A stretch of 46,188 bases of DNA, taken from the NCBI GenBank assembly GCA_035559535.1, contig DATMBG010000027.1, positions 1 to 46,188 on the forward strand. Direction: 5' to 3'. The stretch comes from Candidatus Limnocylindrales bacterium (GTDB lineage Bacteria > Moduliflexota > Moduliflexia > Moduliflexales > JAUQPW01). Position numbers and translations under genes: made by a program. A model generated the notes under the pieces. That model saw nothing but the letters and a program-made list of their open reading frames with translations. It was not told the origin of the DNA and did not search any database. Positions within the stretch are counted from its first letter, which is position 1. Every line of letters begins with the position of its first letter. Below, in pieces: positions 19,116 to 29,300 of this stretch.

Positions 19116-20599
19116 CGAAATCATTCTGGTCACCTCAAACATCCCGGAAAATCATCTCTCGCATCGTCGTCGAGGGCGATTTGGTCCTTCAAACTCCGGC
19201 ACATTTCAGCAATGGGGATACCGATGAGCTAACCGATATGCCGCTTTTGGTTGATCCACTCGATGGCAAGACACCCTTACTTACGGGCGCTTCAGTCACC
19301 GGAGCGTTACGAAGTTATCTTCGCGAACGTGAACGGGGATATGGACAACCCGCCGATTCAAATTCAGCCAGTGTCCGGCTCTTCGGTAGTTTGAAACGAG
19401 ATGAGGAAGGTGAACAAAGCCCACTCATTGTAGAAGATGCGCTGGGTAAACCCGGAACGTTCGGTATTGAAATGAGGAACGGGGTCAGCATCGACCCTAA
19501 AAGTCGCACAGCCAGAGAGGACAGGTTATTCGACCTGCAACTGTGGCAGGCAGGTACGACCTTTCCATTACGATTCGAGCTGCTCATCCGAGAGGGTGAC
19601 AATGCTGATATTCTCAAACGTGGCCTGGCGACGGCGCTGGCCGGGTTTAATGACGGTAGCATCATGCTGGGTGCCCGCAAGCGACGCGGCTATGGACGAG
19701 TGAGCGTTTCAGGATGGCGGGTCAAAACTTATGATCTGACAAAACCTGATGGTTTGCTTGACTGGATTGAAAAGGGTGACGAACCCCTTTCAGCAGTAAC
19801 CCCAATCCAGGACATAGGTAAAGCCCTGGGTGTTACGAAGCTTGAGGACGATCGTCGTGAGTTTTTCCACATTAACGCCACCTTCGCACTAAATGGATCT
19901 CTGTTGATTCGCTCCGGCAGTGGTCAGGACGATCAAGGACCTGACATGGTACACCTGCATGCACGGCAAGCCGATGGCACCAGAAAGCCGATTTTATCTG
20001 GAACAAGTCTGGTCGGTGTACTGCGGGCACGGGCGTTGAAGATTGCCAACACGCTGGACACTCAAGACCGGGCACAAACGTTGATTGATGAAATGTTCGG
20101 AGCGGATATGGACGAAGTTCAGAAGCGCAGGCAACAGGGTAACCCCGATGCAACTCCGTTGGCCAGTCGTGTCATGGTCACCGAAATCGTTGTGCAAAAC
20201 GCCAGGACAGACCTTGTCCAAAATCGGGTCAGTATAGACCGCTTCACCGCTGGAGCGCGAGAGACGGCGCTATTCAACGAACAACCTGCCTTCGGAGGTC
20301 ATGACACGACCCTGACGGTGGATATACGATTGGTAAACCCAAAGGATTACGAAATTGGACTTCTCTTGCTGCTGCTCAAAGACCTGTGGACGGGTGACCT
20401 GCCCTTAGGCGGGGAGAGCAGTGTCGGACGGGGACGGTTGAAAGGTAACCGTGCGATTTTAACCTTCCAGGGCAGAGGTACATCCCAACGGTGGGAAATC
20501 GGGACCAACGGACAAGATCTGACCGTTATGGAAGATCGTGAAGCATTAGAAAAATTTGTTTCCGCATTGAGCTTGTATTTGAAGGGAGGGAGATCATGA
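19112..20599 (+). CDS. cas7: Cas7-Cas7 double RAMP fusion
   Basis: Two RAMP units (TGASVTGALR...LGARKRRGYG; SGTSLVGVLR...LGGESSVGRG); start ATG 19112 (ATGA overlap, AGGAGG upstream). Confidence 0.88.
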   Translation: MTKSFWSPQTSRKIISRIVVEGDLVLQTPAHFSNGDTDELTDMPLLVDPLDGKTPLLTGASVTGALRSYLRERERGYGQPADSNSASVRLFGSLKRDEEGEQSPLIVEDALGKPGTFGIEMRNGVSIDPKSRTAREDRLFDLQLWQAGTTFPLRFELLIREGDNADILKRGLATALAGFNDGSIMLGARKRRGYGRVSVSGWRVKTYDLTKPDGLLDWIEKGDEPLSAVTPIQDIGKALGVTKLEDDRREFFHINATFALNGSLLIRSGSGQDDQGPDMVHLHARQADGTRKPILSGTSLVGVLRARALKIANTLDTQDRAQTLIDEMFGADMDEVQKRRQQGNPDATPLASRVMVTEIVVQNARTDLVQNRVSIDRFTAGARETALFNEQPAFGGHDTTLTVDIRLVNPKDYEIGLLLLLLKDLWTGDLPLGGESSVGRGRLKGNRAILTFQGRGTSQRWEIGTNGQDLTVMEDREALEKFVSALSLYLKGGRS

Positions 20600-21192
20600 A
20601 ACTGGAAATTAAATCCTACCCTGCTGTCGTTCAACCGATTCCAACGGATACCATCCAGGATGTGAAAGCATGGTTACAAACCCAGGCTGTCCAATACAAG
20701 TTAAAATGGTTACTGGCCCATGCCGACGATGGTGTGATCTGGGGTAAGATAAATGACAACGGGCAACTGGTCACATCCAACGGGGTGGCACCTGAAGTAT
20801 CTCCACCGCTCCGTGCAGAAACGTTACAACAGGCACGACTGTTTGCAGAACACGCCGAACTCCTGCTCTGGCGCGACGGCGACAATCGGTGGCATGCTCG
20901 CCTGATTCGCCAGCCTGTCAACGGAGAAACACCGATATTCACCGATGCCATTGATGAACCCCAGATGCTTTGGGGTACCCACGGGGAACATCGTAACGGC
21001 TTCACCTTGCTGCGAGACGGCGCGCAAGGACTGTGCCATGCTGTGCCGATGGAATTACCTTTGGGAAAGAACCGGGAGGCCAATCCGCCATACCTGTGGG
21101 TACGACACTACATCCAGGAAGACGACAGCGGTTTTGCCCGTATTGTCGCCAGTCGGCTGGTTAAACTGAAAAACGAGGAGGGACCAAAATGA
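20596..21192 (+). CDS. csx19: Type III-D Csx19
   Basis: LLAHADDGVIWG, LQQARLF...ELLLWR, LWGT, VRHY...SRL; position between Cas7-Cas7 and Cas7-insertion. Confidence 0.88.
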   Translation: MKLEIKSYPAVVQPIPTDTIQDVKAWLQTQAVQYKLKWLLAHADDGVIWGKINDNGQLVTSNGVAPEVSPPLRAETLQQARLFAEHAELLLWRDGDNRWHARLIRQPVNGETPIFTDAIDEPQMLWGTHGEHRNGFTLLRDGAQGLCHAVPMELPLGKNREANPPYLWVRHYIQEDDSGFARIVASRLVKLKNEEGPK

Positions 21193-23717
21193 GCAACCGT
21201 ACCATCTTGAATTTACCCAGGCACAAAAATCCCGTTAACCCAAATGGCAAGCTCAAACCTAATCGCACCGCCAGCGCGCCTTACAACTTTGTGCCGTTGC
21301 CGGAAGTTGTTGTAACAGCCGTAGACCACGCCAACGATCTTCCCGACCATGATCGCTATTATCCCGATCGGCATACGGGTTATTTTGAGGTTACACTCAT
21401 GACGAAGTCGCCGCTTTACGTACGGTGTCCGTTTACCTTGCCCGAATTCCTCCGGCAAGAGCGTGGCGAGGACAAAGACAGCTCCTATCTCCAGCAAGTA
21501 AAGAACACCCCGCACTTTTTCTACACCCGTGACCCCAACCAGCCTGTCATCCCCGGTAGCAGCCTGCGCGGCATGTTACGTAGTGTGCTGGAGATTGTGA
21601 GTTACGGCAAGGTGCAATGGGTGACAGATTCCCTCAAAATCTTTTACCGCGCCGTAGCAGCAGCAAAGGACGATCCTTTAGGTGAACCGTACAGAAAAAT
21701 CATAGGCAAATTTGGAAGTAACGTCCAGGCTGGATATTTGATTAAAAAAGGGGATGAATGGTATGTTAAACCGGCTAAAAAGCCAGCAGATATGGGATGG
21801 CCGGAGAAAGGAGCCTATCTCAAGGTCAAAGAGGATAGTATTCACGATAACGCCCTACCCGGTCTTATTCGTTTTAATTCACCCCATTATCGGCCTCAAT
21901 ATCATCCTGTCAGTTTCGACGTAGACATTCGTAAAGGCAAAAAGGGTAATTTCATTACCATAACTCGTATCGGTCCATCTGATGCCGGATACCCATACCG
22001 GGGCATTCTTGTCTGCTCCGGCAATATGCGTGAAGCTGGCAGCGAAGAGGTTGTTTCCCCTCGCAAAAGGCATGCCTTAGTGTTAGAGGCAATTGAGGGA
22101 AAGAAACTTCTCAAAATCAACAATCAAGCTGTAACCGACTATCTGGATGCGTTGACTCCCTTCCAAATTGAACCACCTTTTGACCGATATAGGGGGTGTC
22201 TACGGGATGGGTATCCAATTTTTTACGTTGAAGTAAGAGGTGAAGTCTTGTTTTTCGGTCATACCCCGAACTTCAGAGTGCCGGCCTTCATCGAGAACGA
22301 CAAACGTACCGCCACACCTCTAGATTTTGTTCCCAAAGCCTTACGCTATCCTGAACATATTGACTATGCCGAGGCCCTATTTGGGTTTGTACGCACACGA
22401 CCAGAACTGGACGATATGAAGCAGCGCGGGGTTATTCAGGAAATCCCAAAGCAAGGTGATAAACACCGGGCCTATGCCGGACGTGTCTTTGTCACCGATG
22501 CTATATTGGCAGAAGGGCAATCGGACATCTGGTTCTCTCAAAATCCTATAGTACCGAGTATTCTCGCCTCACCCAAGCCGACGGCGTTTCAACACTATCT
22601 CGTACAGACGAGTGACGACAAGAACACACTCCATCACTATGGTGATAAGACGCCTGAGGAGACCGTCATTCGTGGCCACAAGCTATACTGGCACCAGGGC
22701 GACCGTACCCGACAAGATATTGAAGATCCCAACGCTCCGGCCACAAGTACTCAGCACACTCAGTTCAGACCCGTTAAACCGGGAGTAACATTTACCTTTC
22801 GCATCTATTTCGAAAATCTCTCCGATCGTGAGTTGGGCGCGCTCTGCTGGGCACTACATCCGTTAGGAAATTCTACCAGGGAATATTGCCACCATCTCGG
22901 CATGGGCAAACCATTGGGCATGGGCGCGGTGAAGCTGGAGGCCGTCCTGTACCTGACCAACCGTCCAACACGTTACGGCTCGTTATTTAACGGCGACACC
23001 TGGCAGACAGGTACTTCAAGCAGCGGCGAATCCCTGTCTGACCGTACAACCTTAGAACGGCGTACCCACGAGTTTGAGCAGCATGTTTTAGAAGTACTCA
23101 ATCCTAACACCACCTGCCAGCACCTCTATGAACTGAAGCGTATCGGCATGCTGCTCAAAATGATGGAATGGCCGGGATTTAAGGCAGTACCGCCTGTTAA
23201 CGGTCAGGCTGCTCCTAATAACTGTGTCATCACTGAAAATGGCAGGCAGCGTCCCAACACCCGATATATGATGATCGAATTGCCAGGCGTGCAGGGCACA
23301 AAGAAAAATGAATACCGTGACCGTCCCGTATTGCCTGATCCCTGTGCTTTTGATCCCCACATTGCCGAGCCAATCTCAGATACTACAAAGGTGCCCGCCA
23401 GCAAGCTGACCACACCATCCCAGGATCTAGGTTCTACACCTGCAGCAAAATCGCTAATCAAAACTACTCCAAAGGTAAGCCCGAAGGTCCAGAAACCGAA
23501 ACAAGAAGAGGTTACAACGAAGAGGGAGTGGGTCACTCTAGTAGAAGATGTTAAGGGGGGCAAAGCAAAAGTCCAAACCGAGGGAGGTGAAATCGTTTCG
23601 TGTAGCAACTTCCCTCTCTATCCGATGGGAATGGGAACCGCCGGAATGCGTTGTCGTGCCGATGTCACGCGGCAGGATGGAAAAGTACAACGTGCGATTT
23701 TTAAAGGATGGGAGTAA
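21189..23717 (+). CDS. cas7: Type III-D Cas7 with large insertion (TIGR03986-like RAMP)
   Basis: APYNFVPL, VIPGSSLRGMLR, LASPKPT, IRGHKLYWH, LGMGKPLGMGAV. Confidence 0.9.
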   Translation: MSNRTILNLPRHKNPVNPNGKLKPNRTASAPYNFVPLPEVVVTAVDHANDLPDHDRYYPDRHTGYFEVTLMTKSPLYVRCPFTLPEFLRQERGEDKDSSYLQQVKNTPHFFYTRDPNQPVIPGSSLRGMLRSVLEIVSYGKVQWVTDSLKIFYRAVAAAKDDPLGEPYRKIIGKFGSNVQAGYLIKKGDEWYVKPAKKPADMGWPEKGAYLKVKEDSIHDNALPGLIRFNSPHYRPQYHPVSFDVDIRKGKKGNFITITRIGPSDAGYPYRGILVCSGNMREAGSEEVVSPRKRHALVLEAIEGKKLLKINNQAVTDYLDALTPFQIEPPFDRYRGCLRDGYPIFYVEVRGEVLFFGHTPNFRVPAFIENDKRTATPLDFVPKALRYPEHIDYAEALFGFVRTRPELDDMKQRGVIQEIPKQGDKHRAYAGRVFVTDAILAEGQSDIWFSQNPIVPSILASPKPTAFQHYLVQTSDDKNTLHHYGDKTPEETVIRGHKLYWHQGDRTRQDIEDPNAPATSTQHTQFRPVKPGVTFTFRIYFENLSDRELGALCWALHPLGNSTREYCHHLGMGKPLGMGAVKLEAVLYLTNRPTRYGSLFNGDTWQTGTSSSGESLSDRTTLERRTHEFEQHVLEVLNPNTTCQHLYELKRIGMLLKMMEWPGFKAVPPVNGQAAPNNCVITENGRQRPNTRYMMIELPGVQGTKKNEYRDRPVLPDPCAFDPHIAEPISDTTKVPASKLTTPSQDLGSTPAAKSLIKTTPKVSPKVQKPKQEEVTTKREWVTLVEDVKGGKAKVQTEGGEIVSCSNFPLYPMGMGTAGMRCRADVTRQDGKVQRAIFKGWE

Positions 23718-23751
23718 GTATATCTGTCACATCAGTGCCCAGTAATTCTCT

Positions 23752-26298
23752 ATGCGAATCTCTATAAAAATAGGTTTTCTGGAAGATCTTGCAAATTCAC
23801 AGCCCGACATTGGGCTTGAGTGTCAAAAGCTTCTAAGGTTACTCCAAAAAACCGATGTGAGCAAATTGCAGGGTCAGGCCCCCACATTCTCTGGCTGGCG
23901 TTTGTATAAGTTAAGGTATTTTCCCTTTATACTGTTTTCACACCCTGGAAATCTCGCAGTTCTAGCCAAACTCGAAGGAAATCTTGTTTCCATATACCAC
24001 ATTTTAATTTTAAGCGATAGCAGGTGGCAGCCGCTAAGCGCAGTAAAAAAGGCACAACATAAAGCGGAGGAAGAAGCTCAAAAGAGAATTGAAGAAGAAC
24101 AACGGCGGCTTGAGATGGAGCGAGTGCAACTTAACCAGGAACAACGAAAAGTCGAGGAAGCACGTCAAAGAGTAGAAGAAACACGCAGGCAATTGGAAGA
24201 AAAAGCACGACAACTTGATCAGGAACGACGAAAGGTCGAGGAAGCGCGCTGCGAGGTGGAGGAAATACGGAAACAATTAAAAGAAGAAATCCAGCGTAAA
24301 GCAGAAGAGGAAGCACAGCAAAGGATTGAAGAAGAACAGAAAATCGAAGAGAAACCCGAACAATTAAAGGGGGGAAGGTATACTCCACTTGATCATCGAC
24401 CTCCTAGAAGATATGCAAGCACGGAAGAACATCCTGAGAAACCAGTATTGCGAGAGCCAGGACTACGGCGTCCGAAACCCGAGATCATCTGTTTGAAAAG
24501 GGCACGCCAATGGATTCTGGCCGTGGAGATACCGGTAGATCTTCTTGAAAACCCCGGTTTGACGGTACTTCAAAATGAATCACCTCTCCCGCAAGATGAA
24601 TCAGATGAAAATTACCGGTGTCTTAAAGAATTTCATGGACAGGTCGTGATCCGTTGGGAGGAAGATGGGAGTACGAGGGAGCGGCATACTACCTTTGGTG
24701 AAGAAGGCTATCTACTATTTAAACTGAATAATCAAAATGAAGGACGCTACATCCGGTCTCCTTCATTTGGATCCTATCTGGCCGTGGTTCCGGATAGTTG
24801 GGAACGTGATTTTGAGCTTTCGGGACCGCCCCCCATAGCACCGGAGCCCGTTTCCTTAGAGGGCTATCAGGCTCATTTCTATATCCTTGAGAAAGGCGAT
24901 GGCAAAAAGATCGCTTTTCGCAGCCAGGAGGGCAAGTCGGTTATAATCCAGCCCAGAGCATCCCGATTCGAACTGGTTGGGAATCTTCTAAACGATGCGA
25001 ATGAAGCTATGGGTCCTTTATTTGGAGAGAAACCCCCCCGAATCCGCTCTTTAGACGACCGCCTCCAATGGAAAGATATTGGGACCATCGTTATTGGGGA
25101 GGAGGGAATCAGAAAATTAGGATGGACCAGGCTGTTGAGTCTCGACCCAGACACTCAGGAACAGGACCTGCCTTCTGAAGTTACAGAACGGGGCGATGGC
25201 TGGTATTTTATCAGGATTTACAATCTGAAGGATGAGCTTTTAGAGAGTTTAGACTTCAGATTTATCCCCGCCTTGAAGGCTATTAGAGTACCTCCACCCT
25301 CTCCGGTTCCTACTAAGGATGGACATGAGCCTACACGGGTTGAATTCCTTCACCAGCCGGGGTGCACAGTTCAACCGTCCCGTCAATTAGAAGAGCTCGT
25401 CCAGATCGAGCGTGGAGATAACAGGACGGTACTGACCCTTCCTGCCAATCCTAACTATGATAAAACCGATTGGTTTATAAGTTCTCGAGGCACGTGTCAG
25501 ATACAGGTTACCATTCTTGTGGAAAGACTCTGGTGGGCCATTGGAGAAGAAAGCCAAATACCCTCAGAATGGAAAGCTCAAAAACTTCCTCTTACCCGTG
25601 AAGATTTCCTGGCCACATCAAGGAAAACGTTGTGGCTGAGACTTCCAAAACCACGTTGGGCAGATAAAGCTTTTGTTGGATTTAAAGAAGCAACAGCCGT
25701 ACCTTGTCCTATAAAAGTTACAGAGAGAACCATCAGTATCCCGTTACGACAGTTCTGTGATGCACAGGAGATCCAAAATATTGGCACAATTTTATTTAAT
25801 TTTTGGATTCACCATAGGGGTACAAAGTATCAAATAACCACCTGCAAGCTTACACTCAAAGCTAATTGTAGACTCTGTGAATTCTCAATTTCTACAGAAG
25901 AAGATCTATGGGATCATATTAAATCCGATCACCTGGACGCATGCTTTCGACTTTTGACTTCCGAGGAAACCCATGAAAGAATACAGGATCAAGACTCTGC
26001 TCTTCCAAGAGAAATATATAAGTGTTCTCATTGTAATTTCTATGTTGAATCCGATGATCCGAGAAATCCAACCACTGTCATGGACCGACACAGCAAAGAG
26101 AAATCTCATAAAGCAGGAGCTCCTTTAGAAATTAAAATTCTTTCTAAACCAGATGAAATCCGAGAGGTTCTCTCCAAAAACCCCCCCCATCTTTATGAAT
26201 GCAAGTGGTGTCGTTATCTTTTACGTAACGCTATTCCAAGAGATAGGATAGGGCATTTGAGGGAAAACCATAAAAATATGCTTTACGTGTTTCAATAA
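23752..26298 (+). CDS. Uncharacterised 848-aa multidomain protein (possible RelE-like N-terminus, coiled coil, beta-rich core, three C2H2-like fingers)
   Basis: Long ORF co-oriented between cas7 and the helicase; EQRK-rich repeats; CxxC...H...H motifs at the C-terminus. Confidence 0.75.
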   Translation: MRISIKIGFLEDLANSQPDIGLECQKLLRLLQKTDVSKLQGQAPTFSGWRLYKLRYFPFILFSHPGNLAVLAKLEGNLVSIYHILILSDSRWQPLSAVKKAQHKAEEEAQKRIEEEQRRLEMERVQLNQEQRKVEEARQRVEETRRQLEEKARQLDQERRKVEEARCEVEEIRKQLKEEIQRKAEEEAQQRIEEEQKIEEKPEQLKGGRYTPLDHRPPRRYASTEEHPEKPVLREPGLRRPKPEIICLKRARQWILAVEIPVDLLENPGLTVLQNESPLPQDESDENYRCLKEFHGQVVIRWEEDGSTRERHTTFGEEGYLLFKLNNQNEGRYIRSPSFGSYLAVVPDSWERDFELSGPPPIAPEPVSLEGYQAHFYILEKGDGKKIAFRSQEGKSVIIQPRASRFELVGNLLNDANEAMGPLFGEKPPRIRSLDDRLQWKDIGTIVIGEEGIRKLGWTRLLSLDPDTQEQDLPSEVTERGDGWYFIRIYNLKDELLESLDFRFIPALKAIRVPPPSPVPTKDGHEPTRVEFLHQPGCTVQPSRQLEELVQIERGDNRTVLTLPANPNYDKTDWFISSRGTCQIQVTILVERLWWAIGEESQIPSEWKAQKLPLTREDFLATSRKTLWLRLPKPRWADKAFVGFKEATAVPCPIKVTERTISIPLRQFCDAQEIQNIGTILFNFWIHHRGTKYQITTCKLTLKANCRLCEFSISTEEDLWDHIKSDHLDACFRLLTSEETHERIQDQDSALPREIYKCSHCNFYVESDDPRNPTTVMDRHSKEKSHKAGAPLEIKILSKPDEIREVLSKNPPHLYECKWCRYLLRNAIPRDRIGHLRENHKNMLYVFQ

Positions 26299-26315
26299 AG
26301 GAGTGAGGATTTCTA

Positions 26316-29300
26316 ATGGATCTCATAACGTTATCCCAACGAATTGAAGAGAGATATCGGCATTATCTCAAAACCACCTTTTATTTTAAGGATCCAGATC
26401 TCCGGGCATCTTTTGAAGAAGCCCTTCAGTCAGGATATTTGAGCAAAGGGCCGTACCTTGAGGCTACTCCCGTTTTCCAGCGGGCCCAGAGGCCAAGAGA
26501 TCTGTTTCAGAACCTCCTTGGATTTGAGCCTGATGAAGCACTCTTGAGGGCCGTGCAGGGAGATAGACCCCTTTACCGACATCAAGAAGCCGCCATTCGA
26601 GGAGCCTTTGAAGGACGTAATATCATTGTGGCCACAGGAACAGGAAGTGGTAAGACCGAGTCTTTTCTTTATCCTGTCTTGCTTCACCTTTACCGAGAAT
26701 TTCAGTCCGGTCAATTGGGTCCGGGGGTGCGGGCTTTGATTCTCTATCCCATGAATGCTCTGGCAAATGATCAGCGGGAGCGTTTGGGTGAAATTTGCAA
26801 ACAGCTTGAATACGAGAAATCATCCTTCAGAGTTACCTTCGGACAGTATATCGGAGAAACACCGGAAGATGAAAACGACACCCGACGTCGTGCCGTCGAG
26901 CGCCTGGCAAATCGGCTACCCGGCGAGCTGGTTTTACGCTCTGAAATGCGAAGCCAACCTCCCCATATTCTGCTCACCAACTACTCCATGCTGGAATATC
27001 TACTGCTCAGGCCGGATGATAGTCCCCTCTTTGATCATGGACGTGCTCGATGGTGGACGTTCCTGATACTCGACGAAGCCCATCAATATCGAGGCTCGAA
27101 GGGTATTGAGATGGCCATGCTCCTGCGACGCCTCAAACAGAGACTCAGAGAGGGTGGGCGTCTGGAGCCTTTTCGGTGTATTGCAACGAGCGCCACGCTG
27201 GCTGAAGGAGAAAAGGATCGTGAGGCTGTGGCAAAGTTTGCCTCTAACCTGTTTGGTGAGGAATTTTGCACGAAAGACGTAATTCTTGGAGAGACTGAAC
27301 CCATCCCAGAGTCAGGGATAGAATATCTTCCCGCACATGTTTATGGACTTCTACGGGAAGCCCTGCAGGGACGAATTCCAGAAACCAGGAACCAGCTTGC
27401 CGGGTTGGCGAATAGACTGGAAATAGATCTCCCGGATAGCGAGGATTTATCCTATACGGTTGGAAGGATTCTGCAACACGATATTCGATCCACGAAGCTA
27501 CGTCGTCTTATTACAGGCAATCCTATGGAAGCTCGGGAAGTTGCCGAAGAGGTCTTTGCTGACCTGTCGGATACAGAACGCGTACCTGCCCTATCTGAAT
27601 TGATTGAGCTTCTCCTCCAGGCAAGAGATCCTGCTTCCCATGCCCCGCTCTTATCGGTACGCTACCATCTGTTCTTACGTTCGCTTGAAGGCGCATTTGT
27701 TTCCTACTGGCCGCAAAAGAAGGTCTTCCTGGATCGTAAAGGGAAGGATCAGGAGATTAAAGCTTTTGAAGTTGCACTGTGTCGGGAATGCGGTCAACAC
27801 TACTTTATAGGCCCAAAAAATCTCAAAGGTGGTAAACTGGAGGAAGCGATCCGCGACCCGGGTCAAATTGATTTTGGAGCTACTTTCTTACGCCCCCAAG
27901 AGGATCGTGAGGAAGATGACATAGAGGAGGATTATAGTGGGGTTGTCAACAGACAGATACTCCAGCTTTGCGTTCAGTGCGGCGAGATAGGACGAAGTAA
28001 ACCAGGATGTAACCATGACAATTTAATCCAGGTAGTCCAGGAAGAATCTCCAAAGGATGAAGATAGAGCCGATCAGGTAGCGAAGTGTGGCGCTTGCGGA
28101 TACAGTGCGGCCGGTCGTGATCCTGTGAGAGAAGTAATCCATGGAGCCGATGGCCCCAATGCGGTTATTGCTACAACTCTTTATCAGAGCCTTCCAGAGA
28201 AACGGAAAAAAATACTGGCATTTACCGATGGGCGTCAGGAAGCCGCCTTTTTTGCCTGGTATCTTGAAGATTCCTATAGAGACATTCTGAACCGCAACTT
28301 GATTTTGAGGGTGGTTCAGAGGCTGAGTCCCCATGTATCGGAAGGTCTGTCCCTGCGAGAACTGGCTACAAACCTACGAGATCTCTTTATAGAGAGAAGG
28401 ATTTTTCCTCCTACCACAGGTAGCTTAGACTTGAGCCGTGAGGCCTGGCTGAGACTTTATCGGGAGTTTCTCACCGATGAATCGAGAATTTCCTTAGAGG
28501 GCGTGGGTCTGGTTCGGTGGCTGGTAAAATGGCCAGTCTGGTTCCAGATTCCTGAGATTCTCAGGAATCCCCCCTGGTCGTTAACCGAACAAGAAGCCTG
28601 GGATTTACTATTTATTCTCCTGGATTTTATGAGGGCCGAAAGGGCCCTTGAACTTCGAACTGAGCCGGGTATTTCCGTAAATTGGAGTGATCTTAAACTC
28701 CAAGGAGGGCAAACTCGGGTTCGAATCGGTGAACCTAAAAAGCAAAAGGATGTACGGAGCTGGGATGGAAAAACGGGACGGCGTGCCCAGTTTTTGACCA
28801 GGCTTCTGATAAGGAACCATCTTTCCATAGATCAGGCAATCCCTTGGGCTATTGAAACTCTGAGAGCAATCTGGGAAACTCTTAAAGAATTTGATCAGTC
28901 AGCTTCTCCCCAAGACCGTTTACTTCTTCCTGTTGAAGATGCCCGGAGGCTTAATCCCGATTGGTGGAGAGTGCATCTCGTTACCCAGCATCATAAAATT
29001 TTCCGATGTGACAGGTGTGGGCGTCTTCAGACCGTATCGGTTCGTAGAGTCTGCCCAAGGCCTCGTTGCCTGGGCACGCTTAATGGGATACAACCGGATA
29101 ACCTTGAGCCTAATCACTACCGTTGGTTATATGAAGAGGATCTAGCCGGTCCTATGCGCGTGGAAGAGCACACCGCACAATTGGACCATGGGAAAGCACG
29201 GGAATTTCAGGATGAGTTCAAAGAAGGTAGAATCCATGTTCTGAGCTGTTCTACAACCTTTGAAGTGGGTGTAGACTTAGGGGATCTCGACACCATCTTT

